From: Bacilli bacterium
Lineage (GTDB): Bacteria > Bacillota_I > Bacilli_A > RFN20 > CAG-826
DNA: 64,000 bases
NCBI GenBank assembly: GCA_017479485.1
Contig: JAFVCC010000114.1
Location: 65,791 to 129,790, forward strand
Direction of reading: 5' to 3'
A program made the position numbers and the translations under genes. Below, one piece after another: positions 9,987-21,064 of this stretch. The stretch's first letter is position 1. Each line of letters starts with the position of its first letter. The notes beneath the pieces were generated by a model, which had not been told where the DNA came from, did no database searches, and worked only from the letters and a program-made list of their open reading frames with translations.

Positions 9987-10318
9987 TGGATCGTTTCCTT
10001 CATTTGGTTTAGGGAGGCGAGCAGCTCTCCCTCGAGCTCATGGTAGTCCATGGGATCGTAACTGGGTCGAACGGTAATGATTACGTCGATCGGCAGCTCC
10101 AGCAAATCGCACTGGGCGACCATCGCCCGGATTTGCCGCTTGATGAGGACTCTCCTAACCGCAATCCCGTTCTTCTTCCCCACGGAAATGCCAATACGAG
10201 CGTAGCCGAGTGGGGAAGAGACGAAATAGACGGAGAAGTGAGGGGTTTTAACCGCGCGGCCATGACGGATGATCCGATCAAAGTCCGAATGGGATTTGAC
10301 GGTGTTAGCCTTTTTCAT
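9983..10318 (-). CDS. rnpA: ribonuclease P protein component
   Basis: 111-aa basic protein in the rpmH-rnpA-yidC synteny, with a GGGAGAGG RBS. Confidence 0.9.
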   Translation of the reverse strand: MKKANTVKSHSDFDRIIRHGRAVKTPHFSVYFVSSPLGYARIGISVGKKNGIAVRRVLIKRQIRAMVAQCDLLELPIDVIITVRPSYDPMDYHELEGELLASLNQMKETIH

Positions 10319-10330
10319 GGCCTCTCCCGC

Positions 10331-10468
10331 TTAGTCCGCGAGTTTGATGCGGCCTTTGGCGCGACGGCGAGCGACGACTTTACGTCCACCGGCAGTGGCC
10401 ATGCGAGCGCGGAATCCGCACTTATTCGCGTGTTTCTTTTTCGAGGGTTGATAAGTTTTCTTGCCCAT
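10331..10468 (-). CDS. rpmH: 50S ribosomal protein L34
   Basis: 45 aa: [48 protein letters not shown] at 10468. The upstream extension in the ORF track is rejected. Confidence 0.95.
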   Translation of the reverse strand: MGKKTYQPSKKKHANKCGFRARMATAGGRKVVARRRAKGRIKLAD

Positions 10469-10597
10469 AACGAGGTTCTCCTTTGCTTTTAAGCAAGCGC
10501 TATTATAGGGGGTTGGATAGGCGCGGGCAACAAAATCATGCGCATGAGCGTACACCTAAGCGCGTCCGTACCATATAAGGCGGTGGCAAAAAGGGGA

Positions 10598-10867
10598 TTT
10601 TTCACACAAATCGCGGAATGAAAGCTTTGAAAACGGCAAGTTTTTCACATTACTAACCCGTGAAATACCCTCATGAAACACCGCTTAAATTGACGATGTG
10701 CGCAGTGTGTTCAACAATTCACATTTTCGTGGAGAAAGCGAAAAATGTACGATTGGTCGGAAGTTTTTCGTCATTATGCGAAAGTGAGCAAAGAACAGAA
10801 AAGCAAAGTTATTCACAGTTTCAAATCCGACCCATAGTTTTCCACAAGTTGCGCACAATGTGCAAAA
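10598..10867. promoter_or_regulatory. oriC part 1: cluster of DnaA-box-like 9-mers between rpmH and dnaA
   Basis: Boxes with 1-2 mismatches to TTATCCACA: TTTTTCACA (10598-10606 and 10641-10649), TTATTCACA (10809-10817), TTTTCCACA (10838-10846). TGTGCAAAA (10859-10867) lies in the opposite orientation. Confidence 0.6.
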
Positions 10868-11000
10868 GTGAATAAGTGGTAAAAACAGCCTTTTGACGGG
10901 GGCAAAAGAGGGGTAAAATGTGCAAAGTTTAATCGTTTCTGAAAATTCTCATGGAATTTGTCCGGCGCGCACCTATAATTTGCCGTGCAAGGAGAGCGAC

Positions 11001-12359
11001 ATGAACTCAACCGTATCCGAAATCTCCCAGCTCTGGGACCACGTACTGCTCAAAATCCATGATCGCCTCGACGACCAAAGGGTCTATGACTCTTTCTTTG
11101 ACAAAACGTATATTGACTCGCTCGATGGTTCGACGATGATCGTCGTAGCCAACTCTTCCCTCGCCGTCATCATCATCAACTCGAAATATCAGAATTTGGT
11201 GAGCCAAGCGGTCGAAGATGTGACCGGAACGAACTTCCAGATCCGTTTCGTAGAAAAGAGCGAGCTCAAAAAGGTCCAGGAAGAAAAGAAGGAGAAGCCA
11301 TCCTTCTTCGTCGATAGCCACCTCGACCCCAAATTTAATTTCGAGGCCTTCGTCGTCGGCGACTCCAACCGCGAGGCTTACCAAGCCGCGTTAATGATCT
11401 CGAAAAACCCCGGGAAGCTCTTCAATCCATTGCTTCTTTATAGCGATTCTGGCCTTGGAAAAACGCACTTGATGCAAAGCATCGGCAACGCGATTCGCGA
11501 AGAATCGCCCAATTCCAAGGTGCTCTATATCGCTGCGGCGGATTTCGTGGACGAATACATCAAGTTTGCCCAAGGCTACAAAGAAGAGCAGACCTTAGCC
11601 CAGTTCTTCAAAAGCGATGTCGATTGCTTGCTCATCGATGACATCCAGTTCCTCATTGGCAAGAAGAAGACGATGGAAATGTTCTTCGTCATCTTCTCGG
11701 ATTTGGAGAAATCCGGAAAGCAAATCGTCATCACTTCCGACCAGCACCCGAATATGCTTGATGGTCTCGATGACCGCTTAAAATCCCGATTCCAGGCGGG
11801 TTTAGTGCTCTCCATCAAACGTCCGGACCTCGTGACCAGCGCCGAGATTCTCCGCGCGAAAATCACGGCTGGAGGACTGGACGTTAACGATTTCGACGAA
11901 GACGTCATCAACTTCCTCGCCTCGCGCTTCTCCAATAACGTGCGCGAGCTTGAAGGAGCCTTAAATCGTTTGCTCTTTTACACCATCAACATGAAGCCCA
12001 CCAAGCACATCACGATGGAAGTAGCCACCGAAGCAATCCAAGGCCTCATCTCCGTCCAAGACGACAAAACGAAGCTCTCGGAAGGGCGCATCGTCGCCGC
12101 CGTCGCGGACTATTACAACCTCACCCCATCCCAACTCACTGGCAAAATCCGCACCTCGCAGATCGCCCTCGCCCGCCACATCGCAATGTACCTCATCAAA
12201 ACGATGCTGCAGGTCCCCTTCACCAAGATTGGTCAATACTTCGGTGGGCGCGATCACGCCACGGCGATGAAAGGTGTAGAAAAAGTGGAAAAGTCACTGC
12301 GATTCGACCCGGATATGCGCAAGGCTGTGGACGAACTCAAAGCAAAGCTCGGCAAGTAA
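11001..12359 (+). CDS. dnaA: chromosomal replication initiator protein DnaA
   Basis: AAA+ motif GLGKTHLMQSIGN and a C-terminal DNA-binding domain. Start set at the ATG at 11001 behind the AAGGAGA RBS. A TATAAT -10 lies at 10974-10979. Confidence 0.95.
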   Translation: MNSTVSEISQLWDHVLLKIHDRLDDQRVYDSFFDKTYIDSLDGSTMIVVANSSLAVIIINSKYQNLVSQAVEDVTGTNFQIRFVEKSELKKVQEEKKEKPSFFVDSHLDPKFNFEAFVVGDSNREAYQAALMISKNPGKLFNPLLLYSDSGLGKTHLMQSIGNAIREESPNSKVLYIAAADFVDEYIKFAQGYKEEQTLAQFFKSDVDCLLIDDIQFLIGKKKTMEMFFVIFSDLEKSGKQIVITSDQHPNMLDGLDDRLKSRFQAGLVLSIKRPDLVTSAEILRAKITAGGLDVNDFDEDVINFLASRFSNNVRELEGALNRLLFYTINMKPTKHITMEVATEAIQGLISVQDDKTKLSEGRIVAAVADYYNLTPSQLTGKIRTSQIALARHIAMYLIKTMLQVPFTKIGQYFGGRDHATAMKGVEKVEKSLRFDPDMRKAVDELKAKLGK

Positions 12360-12434
12360 ACCTTTATTTATTAAATAAAGTAGTCGATAAAAGACCAGTC
12401 TCATGCTACAATAGCCAAAGCGCTGAAGACCAAG

Positions 12435-12500
12435 TTATGCACACTGCGCACAGCCCTTATTACTGTTAATAAATAATTCCAAATAAAAATTAATAAATGT
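12435..12500. promoter_or_regulatory. oriC part 2 candidate (DnaA box plus AT-rich unwinding stretch) between dnaA and dnaN
   Basis: TTATGCACA at 12435-12443, then the AT-rich run GTTAATAAATAATTCCAAATAAAAATTAATAAATG (12466-12500). Confidence 0.4.
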
Positions 12501-12514
12501 GTTAGGAGAGAAAA

Positions 12515-13636
12515 ATGCGCCTCAGCATCGATAAAGAACAATTTCTCAAAGCCCTGAACGTCACGTCGAAGGCAATCGCCAACAAATCGGCGGACCCCTT
12601 ACTCGCAAACCTCAAGCTTGACTTAAACGACCGTGGACTCGAAGTCACCGGTACCAATAAAGAAATCACCATCCAGTGCCTCGTGCCTTACCGCATCGGC
12701 GAACGCGAAATCATTCGTTCCGCCGGACTTGGCGCGGCGTTAATCAACGCGAAACTTCTCACTGAAGTCGTGCGCCGTATGGATGGGACGGAGCTCGCCT
12801 TAGAAGTCATCGATGATTCCATTGCGAAAATCGATGATGGCCGCTCCTCCTTCAAGCTCAACTGCATCAAAGCCGAAGCCTTCACCGATATCGATCTTGA
12901 ACCTAACGGCACCATCTTGAGCCTTGGCTGCGATGAATTCGCTTCCCTCGTGGAGCAAAGCGCCTTCGCCGCCTCCACCAAGGAGCAGCGCCCGATCCTC
13001 ACCGCGCTCAATCTCGAAGCCAACGAAGGCATCCTCACCGCGACCGCGACCGATTCGGCCCGCCTCGCCCGCAAGACCATCTCCATCGATAGCGACGCCA
13101 AGTTCCGCTGCAACATCCCGGCGAAAGTCTGCGCTGACGTTACGCACCTCTTTGAAGGCAGCAAGCGCCTCACCCTCGCCGTCTCCGACACCAGCGTCCT
13201 CTTCCTCTTCGATAACGTTATCGTCTGCTCTCGTCTCATCTCCGGCGACTACCCTGTGACCCGCGCGATCATCCCGCAGACCTTCAACTACTATCTTGAG
13301 GTCAACGCCCAGGAACTCCTCGCGGCCATGTCCCGCGCTTCCCTCCTTTCTGCGGAGCGCGACTACGTGGTCAAACTCTCCATGGCGGAAGACGAGGTCC
13401 AAGTTTCCGCCCGTTCCGAACAAAGCGGGTCGGCCCTTGAATCCATCCAGACCTTCCAGTTCACTGGCGAGAGGCTCGACGTCTCCTTCAATTCTCTCTT
13501 TGTGATCGACGCGATCAAGGCCCTTAAAGCGGAAGACGTTCGCGTCTGCTTCCAGGCGGAGATGAAACCCTTCGTCGTGCTCAACCCGAAGGATGATTCC
13601 GTCATCGAACTCATCACCCCGATGAGAACCTATTAA
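12515..13636 (+). CDS. dnaN: DNA polymerase III beta sliding clamp
   Basis: 373 aa with three-domain clamp-like length and pattern. Sits in dnaA-dnaN synteny with a GGAGAG RBS. Confidence 0.95.
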   Translation: MRLSIDKEQFLKALNVTSKAIANKSADPLLANLKLDLNDRGLEVTGTNKEITIQCLVPYRIGEREIIRSAGLGAALINAKLLTEVVRRMDGTELALEVIDDSIAKIDDGRSSFKLNCIKAEAFTDIDLEPNGTILSLGCDEFASLVEQSAFAASTKEQRPILTALNLEANEGILTATATDSARLARKTISIDSDAKFRCNIPAKVCADVTHLFEGSKRLTLAVSDTSVLFLFDNVIVCSRLISGDYPVTRAIIPQTFNYYLEVNAQELLAAMSRASLLSAERDYVVKLSMAEDEVQVSARSEQSGSALESIQTFQFTGERLDVSFNSLFVIDAIKALKAEDVRVCFQAEMKPFVVLNPKDDSVIELITPMRTY

Positions 13637-13652
13637 TCCAATGACCTTGCTT

Positions 13653-13679
13653 GGGCGGCCAGCGTGCCGCCCTTTCTTA
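13653..13679 (+). terminator. rho-independent terminator after dnaN
   Basis: GGGCGGC-CAGCGT-GCCGCCC followed by TTTCTT. Confidence 0.75.
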
Positions 13680-13861
13680 TATCTATAAGGCGCTATTACC
13701 GTGTTCTAAGCCTCGAAATGCCTTCGGTGGGCCCCATATCCCGAGCAAAGGCAAAGTGAAGAACGTAGCCCGAATAGAGGCGGATGGGCGTTTTCCTACG
13801 CTAGACAATTCTTTTATCGCACCGCACACTATAGGCAACGATACATGCAGGGGGGCTAGAT

Positions 13862-14815
13862 ATGTATTTGGATACGAAGTTTCTTTTCGATAACGGCGAG
13901 AGCGATTATCGCGCGATCGTCGGCCTTTCGATTGCCGACGGCAAGCTCAACGGTCCCGGGAAAGACGTCACCGTCAACGGCGATCGGACCACCGTGATCA
14001 TTGGCACGTTTAAAGACGGAATTCTAAACGGTATCGGCGCCAAAATCGAAAACGATATCTGCGTCGAATCAGGCCTATATAAAGACGGGGTGCTGATTGA
14101 TACTGAAACTTTTAAGCTCGGCGCGAAGAAGACGGTCGTTCAAAGCACCGAAAAATACGGCTATAAATACGTCAAATGCGATCTTTATTACCATGACGGC
14201 GAAGAAGGGAACATCAACGGTTACACGTTGCTTGTCTGTGACAAGATGGTGCGCCACTTCATCAGCGGGAACGAAATCGTCCAGGGCGAAAGGAGCTGCC
14301 TGGTCTTTGCTGAATATAAAGACAACGAACCCATTAAGCTAATGGCTTTTGAAAACTTCGAGAAGGGGAAGGGGGTCACTCACGATTATTATCTCAACGA
14401 TCGCTTTGACGAGACATTGCCCTTTTGGAACAAGGAATTCGCTCGGCGCTTCTTCAAGTGGAAGACCGTGAACGTCGATACGGGCACGGAAAGTTTGCCC
14501 AAAGGCTTCATCGATGCGCAGGAAAACGTTATTCTCCACCTCCCTCATTCCATCAAAAAGCTAGATGATTCCGTTGTTTCGTCGAAACAAGACTATTATT
14601 TGGAAGTCTTTTACGAGGGCACCAAAGAGGAGTGGGAGCAGATTGAAAAAGGCCGTTACGAATACGGGGTGACCGAGGATTTTTACGGCTATTACTACCA
14701 TAACAGCGAGCGGTATGTCCCTAGACGAGACTACTTCGACTGGGCGAAAAAAGCCGTTTTTATTGTCGTTCACTGCCTCGATGGTGACATCTTTACCCAC
14801 GACAGATCTTATTAG
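13862..14815 (+). CDS. hypothetical protein with MORN-like repeats
   Basis: 317-aa ORF with repeated G-x-F/Y-KDG-x-L-NG-x-G units near the N-terminus. It is inserted between dnaN and yaaA/recF. Confidence 0.6.
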   Translation: MYLDTKFLFDNGESDYRAIVGLSIADGKLNGPGKDVTVNGDRTTVIIGTFKDGILNGIGAKIENDICVESGLYKDGVLIDTETFKLGAKKTVVQSTEKYGYKYVKCDLYYHDGEEGNINGYTLLVCDKMVRHFISGNEIVQGERSCLVFAEYKDNEPIKLMAFENFEKGKGVTHDYYLNDRFDETLPFWNKEFARRFFKWKTVNVDTGTESLPKGFIDAQENVILHLPHSIKKLDDSVVSSKQDYYLEVFYEGTKEEWEQIEKGRYEYGVTEDFYGYYYHNSERYVPRRDYFDWAKKAVFIVVHCLDGDIFTHDRSY

Positions 14816-14971
14816 TTGAAATAAGGCTGTTTGAAGCGAGTTTCATCGCCGAAACTCAAAAATATCGACGAAAAATAACGCTGCGCTTGTAACGTTGAAA
14901 AAATGTCGAAAATCACTACCTTTCTTTACTACTATGTAGTAAACTTTTCTTGCGGAAAAAGCCGCCTTTTT

Positions 14972-15187
14972 ATGAACGCGAAAACCATTCGGATCACCAC
15001 CCCCTACATCACGTTAGGGCAGCTACTCAAACTAGCGAACATCATCGGAAACGGCGGGGAAGCCAAAGCCTTCCTCCTCGAACACGATGTTTTGGTCAAT
15101 GGCGAATCGGATCGTCGCCGCGGCCGAAAGCTCTACCCCGGTGACGAGGTGGGCGTCCTTGGCAAGGCGTTCGCAATCGCGTCATGA
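14972..15187 (+). CDS. yaaA: S4-domain RNA-binding protein YaaA
   Basis: 71 aa from the ATG at 14972: ITLGQLLKLANIIGNGGEAKAFL...VLVNGE..RRGRKLYPGDEV. Sits in the conserved slot before recF, with an ATGA overlap. Confidence 0.8.
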   Translation: MNAKTIRITTPYITLGQLLKLANIIGNGGEAKAFLLEHDVLVNGESDRRRGRKLYPGDEVGVLGKAFAIAS

Positions 15188-16254
15188 TCCTTGAGCGGCT
15201 TGTCCTGACCAACTTTCGGACCTACGAACGGCTCGACCTCGAATTCGGGGAGAAGGCCAATCTGATCCTTGGAAGCAATGCCAGTGGCAAGACCAACCTC
15301 GCCGAAGCTGTTTATTTCCTTTCCCTCGCACGTTCCTGGAGGACCCTAGAGGAAAAGAACCTGATCCGCTTCGGTTGCGATTCTGCTTCTATACGCGCCT
15401 ATGTGCGCGAGGGAAGCCTCCATCGCGAGATCCTGATTGAGCTGACGCCGCAGGGGAAACGGATCTTCCTCAACGGGAAGCCCATCCGCCGCCTCTCCGA
15501 GTTAAGCCGCCTCGTCAACGTCCTCCTCTTCTCTCCGGAAGACGTGAGACTATTCGAGGGGCCACCAGGTGAACGGCGCGCCTTCCTCGACGTGAGCTTA
15601 TCCAAGCGCTCCAACGACTACCTCGCCCTCATCGGCACTCAAGCGTCGCTGCTAAAATCCCGAAACGCTCTCCTCAAAGACGGCGGAAGGGACAAAGCGC
15701 TGCTGGAAGTCATTACGGAGCAACTCATCGAAGTGGAAGAGCCCATCGTGCGGTATCGGACGATGTACGTCACTTCCCTCAACGCCATCCTGCCATCGCT
15801 CCTTGCCCGTCTGCGCGGCGTAAAGGCCCGCTGTTGCCTCGTTTACCGAAGCTTCGTAAAAGACGACGGGTCCTTCAAAGAACACGCTAGGAAAGCCTAT
15901 GCGGAGTCTCTTGAGGGCGACCTCATCCACAAATCGACCTCCGTGGGAACCCATCGCGAGGACTTCCGCTTCAAACTCGAGGACCGCGACGTCGCCGAGT
16001 TTGGATCCCAAGGCGAGAACCGGATGGCCGCCTTGGCGCTAAAACTCTCCCCTTACTTCTTAATTGAAGAGGCGGAGAAAAAACCCATCTGCGTGCTCGA
16101 TGACGTCACGAGCGAACTTGACGTCGATAACGCGGGAAGATTGCTTGGCTATCTCAGCGAATTAGGCCAAAGCTTCCTTACCGCAACGGATTTATCACTT
16201 CAAGGCGCCTCGGTGTTCGAGGTCGCCAATCATAACGCCACAAGGAGGAATTAG
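15184..16254 (+). CDS. recF: DNA replication/repair protein RecF
   Basis: 356 aa. Walker [14 protein letters not shown] and an SMC-like signature near the C-terminus. Confidence 0.93.
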   Translation: MILERLVLTNFRTYERLDLEFGEKANLILGSNASGKTNLAEAVYFLSLARSWRTLEEKNLIRFGCDSASIRAYVREGSLHREILIELTPQGKRIFLNGKPIRRLSELSRLVNVLLFSPEDVRLFEGPPGERRAFLDVSLSKRSNDYLALIGTQASLLKSRNALLKDGGRDKALLEVITEQLIEVEEPIVRYRTMYVTSLNAILPSLLARLRGVKARCCLVYRSFVKDDGSFKEHARKAYAESLEGDLIHKSTSVGTHREDFRFKLEDRDVAEFGSQGENRMAALALKLSPYFLIEEAEKKPICVLDDVTSELDVDNAGRLLGYLSELGQSFLTATDLSLQGASVFEVANHNATRRN

Positions 16255-16256
16255 AG

Positions 16257-18302
16257 ATGGCAGAAGAAGAAAAAGTCACCTCGGGAAGCCCCACCCCTGA
16301 AGAGGATCGCTTCCAGTACAAAAAAGAAGATGTGACCAACGAGAAGGAGCTCGAGCGCGCCAAAGCCGATTATAGCGCCCAAGACCTCCAGGTTCTCGAA
16401 GGTCTCGAAGCTGTCCGTAAGCGTCCGGGCATGTACATTGCCACGACCGCCTCGGCCGGTTTGCACCACCTCGTATGGGAAATCGTCGACAACTCGATCG
16501 ACGAAGCCCTCGCGGGTTATTGCAAATCCATCACCGTCACGATCAATAAAGGCGAATCCATCACCGTTCAAGACGATGGCCGCGGCGTCCCTGTCGACAT
16601 CGTCGCCAAATCGGGACTCTCGGGCGTTGAAACCGTCTTCACCATCCTTCACGCCGGCGGTAAGTTCGGCGGCGAAGGCGGCTATAAAGTTTCCGGCGGT
16701 CTCCATGGCGTCGGCGCCTCTGTCGTTAACGCTCTTTCCACTTGGATGGACGTCACTGTCTGCCGCGATGGCGGGAAGTATTTCCTCCGCTTTGAAAACG
16801 GCGGCCACCCCGTCGGCCATTTGACCCGCATCGGCGATTCAGCCGAACACGGCACGACCGTCACCTTCCAACCCGACCCGACCATCTTCACCGAAACCAC
16901 CGTCTATCAGTACGACACCATTCGTAACCACCTCCGTCAGATGGCCTTCCTTAACGGCGGCATCTCGATCACCCTCATCGATGATCGCGGCGAGGCTCCG
17001 GTTACCGAAACCTTCAAGTACGATGGCGGTATCCGCGAATACGTCAAATACATCGACCAGGTCAAGCAACCGGTCAACCCCGAGCCGATCTACTGCCAAG
17101 GCGCCGAGGAAGTCACCCTCGCCGATGGCGAAACCAAGGTTCGCATCTATGCCGAAGTGGCCATCCAATGGACCGACTCCTATAGCCAAGATGGCGTCTA
17201 TTCCTTCTGCAACAACATCTCCACGAAGGAAGGCGGCACCCATAACGAAGGCTTGAACCTCGCTTTGGGCCGCGTCCTTAACGACTATGCTCGCAAGAAC
17301 AAGATGCTCAAAGAAGACGAGAAGAACTTCACCAAGGAAGACTGCCTTGAAGGTCTCACCGCCGTCATCTCCGTCAAGCACCCCAACCCGCAATATGAAG
17401 GCCAGACCAAAACCAAACTCGGCAACTCCGAAGTCCGCAAGATCGTCTCTTCTGTCGTCGGCGATGGCCTTGGCCAATTCTTGATGGAAAATCCTGCCGA
17501 AGCGCGCGCCATCATCGAAAAGATCCAACTCGCTTCCAAAGCCCGTGACGCTGCCCGCGTCGCCCGCGAGAAAATCCGTAAATCCGCATTAGAAATCACC
17601 ACCCTCCCTGGCAAGCTCGCCGACTGCTCGTCCAAAGATCCTGAAATCTGCGAGCTCTACATCGTTGAGGGTAACTCCGCAGGCGGCTCGGCCAAAAACG
17701 GCCGCGACCGTGAAACGCAGGCCATTTTGCCGCTTCGTGGCAAAATCCTTAACGTCGAGAAAGCCCGCGAAGACCGCATTTGGGCCAACGCCGAAATCGG
17801 CAACATGATCACCGCCATCGGTGCTGGCATCCGCGACAACTTCGACGTCACCAAGATCCGTTACCACAAGATCGTCATCATGACCGATGCTGATGTCGAC
17901 GGCGACCACATCCGCGTGTTGCTGCTGACCTTCTTCTATCGCTTTATGAGACCGCTTCTTGAAGGCGGATATGTCTACATCGCCCAACCTCCTTTATATA
18001 AGGTCGACTACAAGGGCAGCGCCTATTACGCCTATAACGACGCGCAACTCGAGAAGCTCCGCAAGGAACTCAACCTCAAGCCCGGCTTCGCCTTCCAACG
18101 CTACAAAGGCTTGGGCGAAATGGATGCCGAACAGCTCTGGGAAACCACCATGGATCCTAAGGCGAGGAAGATGATCCGCATCACCATCGAAGACGCCGCC
18201 GAAGCGGAGGCCGCCTTCTCCGAACTCATGGGCGACGAAGTTGCCCCGCGCCGCAGATACATCACCGAGAATGCGAAGTTCGTAAAGAACCTCGACATCT
18301 AA
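16257..18302 (+). CDS. gyrB: DNA gyrase subunit B
   Basis: 681 aa with GHKL ATPase, Toprim ([10 protein letters not shown]) and [12 protein letters not shown] motifs. Confidence 0.97.
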   Translation: MAEEEKVTSGSPTPEEDRFQYKKEDVTNEKELERAKADYSAQDLQVLEGLEAVRKRPGMYIATTASAGLHHLVWEIVDNSIDEALAGYCKSITVTINKGESITVQDDGRGVPVDIVAKSGLSGVETVFTILHAGGKFGGEGGYKVSGGLHGVGASVVNALSTWMDVTVCRDGGKYFLRFENGGHPVGHLTRIGDSAEHGTTVTFQPDPTIFTETTVYQYDTIRNHLRQMAFLNGGISITLIDDRGEAPVTETFKYDGGIREYVKYIDQVKQPVNPEPIYCQGAEEVTLADGETKVRIYAEVAIQWTDSYSQDGVYSFCNNISTKEGGTHNEGLNLALGRVLNDYARKNKMLKEDEKNFTKEDCLEGLTAVISVKHPNPQYEGQTKTKLGNSEVRKIVSSVVGDGLGQFLMENPAEARAIIEKIQLASKARDAARVAREKIRKSALEITTLPGKLADCSSKDPEICELYIVEGNSAGGSAKNGRDRETQAILPLRGKILNVEKAREDRIWANAEIGNMITAIGAGIRDNFDVTKIRYHKIVIMTDADVDGDHIRVLLLTFFYRFMRPLLEGGYVYIAQPPLYKVDYKGSAYYAYNDAQLEKLRKELNLKPGFAFQRYKGLGEMDAEQLWETTMDPKARKMIRITIEDAAEAEAAFSELMGDEVAPRRRYITENAKFVKNLDI

Positions 18303-18321
18303 TACAGGAGGACGAAAAACA

Positions 18322-21051
18322 ATGGATAACGAAGAAAAGAAAATCCTCGAGGGCGAAGAAGTCGAAAACGACGACTCCGTCCAAGAAGAAGACTCCGCTA
18401 CGCCCGTCTTCTCCCACGAAGGGGCCCAATCCGAAGACGCGATGTTCGGCCATGAGGCCGCCGTCTCCGGCATCATCCCCGGTTTGATCGACCGCGATGT
18501 GACCCAAGAGGTCCGCACCGCCTTCCTCGACTACTCGATGTCGGTCATCGTAAGCCGCGCCATCCCCGATGTTCGCGATGGCTTCAAACCCGTTCAGCGC
18601 CGCATCATCTACGGCATGAAGGAAACCAACATGCTTCCTTCCAAGCCTCACATGAAATGCGCTCGTATCGTCGGCGACGTCATGGGTAAATATCACCCTC
18701 ACGGCGACGCTGCCCTCTATGGGACCCTCGTCCGTTTGGCTCAACCTTTCTCCCTGCGTTATACGCTCGTTGATGGCCATGGTAACTTCGGTTCGATCGA
18801 CGGCGACGAAGCCGCTGCTATGCGTTACACCGAGGCCCGTATGTCCAAGCTTTCCTTGGAAATGGTCCGCGACCTCGACAAGGACACCGTCGATTTCGTT
18901 CCGAACTACGATGGCACCCTTCAGGAACCGGAAGTTCTTCCTTCCCGCTTCCCGAACCTCATCGTCAATGGTTCGCAGGGCATCGCCGTCGGTATGGCGA
19001 CCAACATGGCTCCCCATAACATGAGCGAAGCCATCGACGCCGTCATCGCCGTTGCGAAGAACCCGGAAATCACCGCCGCCGAAATCATGAACGGCTACCT
19101 CCCGGGCCCGGACTTCCCCTCCGGTGGCATCATTTTGGGCCGCCAGGGCATCCTCGATGCATATACCACCGGCATCGGCACCATCACCATCCGCTCCCGT
19201 TACCACATCGAGGAGATGGAAAACGGCAAGTCCCGCATCATCGTCACCGAGATTCCCTATCAGGTGAATAAATCCGCGATGATCGAGAACATCGCCCAAC
19301 TCGTCCGCGACAAAGTCATCGAAGGCATCACCGATGTCCGCGATGAATCCAATAAAGAAGGCATCCGCGTCGTCATCGAAATCCGTAAGGACATGATCCC
19401 CGAAGTCGTCGCGAACAACCTCCTCAAGCACACTGCGCTTCAAACCAACTTCGGCATCATCAACCTCTGCCTTGAAGACGGTGCCCCGAAGACCCTCGGC
19501 ATCGTGCCGCTTCTTCGCGACTATGTGAATTTCCAGGTCAAGGTGCTTACCCGCAGGACCCAGTTCCTCCTTGGCGAAGATACCCGTCGCCTCCACATCG
19601 TGGAAGGCTTGATCCTCGCCCACGACAACATCGACGAAGTCATCCACATCATCCGTGACTCCAACGATGACGCCGAATCCAAATCGCGCTTATTCGACGC
19701 CTTTGGCTTAAGCGAAGAGCAGTGCGACGCCATCTTGGCCATGACGCTTCGCCGCTTGCAGGGCATGGAGCAGAACAAGCTCCTCGCCGAGAAAGCGGAA
19801 CTCGAGGCTAATATTGCCGAATATAACCGCCTCCTCTCCTCCCGCGACAACATCGTCGAACTCATGATCAAGGAAATTACCGAAATCAAAGAGAAGTTTG
19901 GCGACTCCCGCCTCACCGAAATCTCCGACGAGGCCGCGGATATCGAGAACGAAGACCTCATCCCGCAGAAGAACATCATCATCGCCCTCACCCGTAACGG
20001 CTACATCAAGCGCATGGACGACGACACCTTCTCCACCCAGCATCGTGGTGGACGTGGCCTCACGGGCATGAAGATGACCGCGGGCGATATCACCAGGCTC
20101 ATCATCCACACTAAGACCCACACGGACATCCTCTTCTTCACGACCCTCGGCCGCGTCTATCGCCTCCGTGGCTATCAGATTCCGGATTCCGGACGCGTGG
20201 GCAAAGGCGTCCCCGCCCAGAACTTCCTCAACCTCGAGAAAGATGAAAAAGTGGTGGCCATCGTTCCTTGCGACGACTATCCGGAAGACAACTTCCTCTT
20301 CTTCACCTCGGTCCACGGCGTCGTCAAGCGCACGAGCCTCAAGGAATTCGCCTCCATCAATCGCAACGGCAAAATCGCGGTTGGTTTAAGAGAAGGCGAC
20401 GATCTCTTCGACGTCAAGCGCACCGGCGGCGACTGCTATATCTCCCTCGCTTCCAGCAACGGTAAGCTCTGCACCTTCAAAGAAGACGAAGTGCGCGCCA
20501 TGGGCCGCACCGCGGCGGGCGTCTCTGGTATGGACCTCAAAGATGGTTCCATCATCGTCGGCGTCACCGGCTCCTTCGAAGGCGATAAACTCCTCGTTCT
20601 CTCCACTCGCGGCTACGGCAAGATCTCCTATGCCAGCGACACGGAAGTTACCCTTGAAGATGGCACGACCCGCCATTACGATGGCTACCGCGTCACCAAG
20701 CGTGGTGCGAAGGGCGTCACGACCATGAATTTGACCGCCAAAAACGGCAAACTCTGCTGCGTCCGCGCCGTCAGCGGCGACGAGGATCTCCTCGTGGTCA
20801 CCCAATCGGGCATCGTCATCCGTACTCCGATTTCCGAAATCAAGATCGCCGGAAGAAACACCCAAGGCGTCAAGATCATCAACATCGATGACAAGACTCG
20901 CGTCGCTTCCATCGCCATCATCCCGCATTCGGACGAACCCGAAGAGGAATATGAGCCCGAAGAGCAGCCCATCGACGAAACTCTCGTCGACGATACTCCC
21001 TTCAACCCCGACACCGTCGATGGCGGCGACTCCGGCGAAGGAGAAGAATAA
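18322..21051 (+). CDS. gyrA: DNA gyrase subunit A
   Basis: 909 aa. Active-site region [11 protein letters not shown]-terminal beta-pinwheel repeats and an acidic tail. Confidence 0.97.
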   Translation: MDNEEKKILEGEEVENDDSVQEEDSATPVFSHEGAQSEDAMFGHEAAVSGIIPGLIDRDVTQEVRTAFLDYSMSVIVSRAIPDVRDGFKPVQRRIIYGMKETNMLPSKPHMKCARIVGDVMGKYHPHGDAALYGTLVRLAQPFSLRYTLVDGHGNFGSIDGDEAAAMRYTEARMSKLSLEMVRDLDKDTVDFVPNYDGTLQEPEVLPSRFPNLIVNGSQGIAVGMATNMAPHNMSEAIDAVIAVAKNPEITAAEIMNGYLPGPDFPSGGIILGRQGILDAYTTGIGTITIRSRYHIEEMENGKSRIIVTEIPYQVNKSAMIENIAQLVRDKVIEGITDVRDESNKEGIRVVIEIRKDMIPEVVANNLLKHTALQTNFGIINLCLEDGAPKTLGIVPLLRDYVNFQVKVLTRRTQFLLGEDTRRLHIVEGLILAHDNIDEVIHIIRDSNDDAESKSRLFDAFGLSEEQCDAILAMTLRRLQGMEQNKLLAEKAELEANIAEYNRLLSSRDNIVELMIKEITEIKEKFGDSRLTEISDEAADIENEDLIPQKNIIIALTRNGYIKRMDDDTFSTQHRGGRGLTGMKMTAGDITRLIIHTKTHTDILFFTTLGRVYRLRGYQIPDSGRVGKGVPAQNFLNLEKDEKVVAIVPCDDYPEDNFLFFTSVHGVVKRTSLKEFASINRNGKIAVGLREGDDLFDVKRTGGDCYISLASSNGKLCTFKEDEVRAMGRTAAGVSGMDLKDGSIIVGVTGSFEGDKLLVLSTRGYGKISYASDTEVTLEDGTTRHYDGYRVTKRGAKGVTTMNLTAKNGKLCCVRAVSGDEDLLVVTQSGIVIRTPISEIKIAGRNTQGVKIINIDDKTRVASIAIIPHSDEPEEEYEPEEQPIDETLVDDTPFNPDTVDGGDSGEGEE

Positions 21052-21064
21052 GCGGGAGTAGGCC

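Noticed and set aside
13690-13860. A GCAAAGGCAAAG-containing leader upstream of the MORN-like gene, considered as a c-di-GMP-I (GEMM-I) riboswitch because HD-GYP genes are present.
   Set aside because: - Only a short GCAAA/GGCAAA resemblance is present.
- The paired helices, the GNRA tetraloop-receptor arrangement and the ACGCAAAGC element of the consensus are not recognisable.
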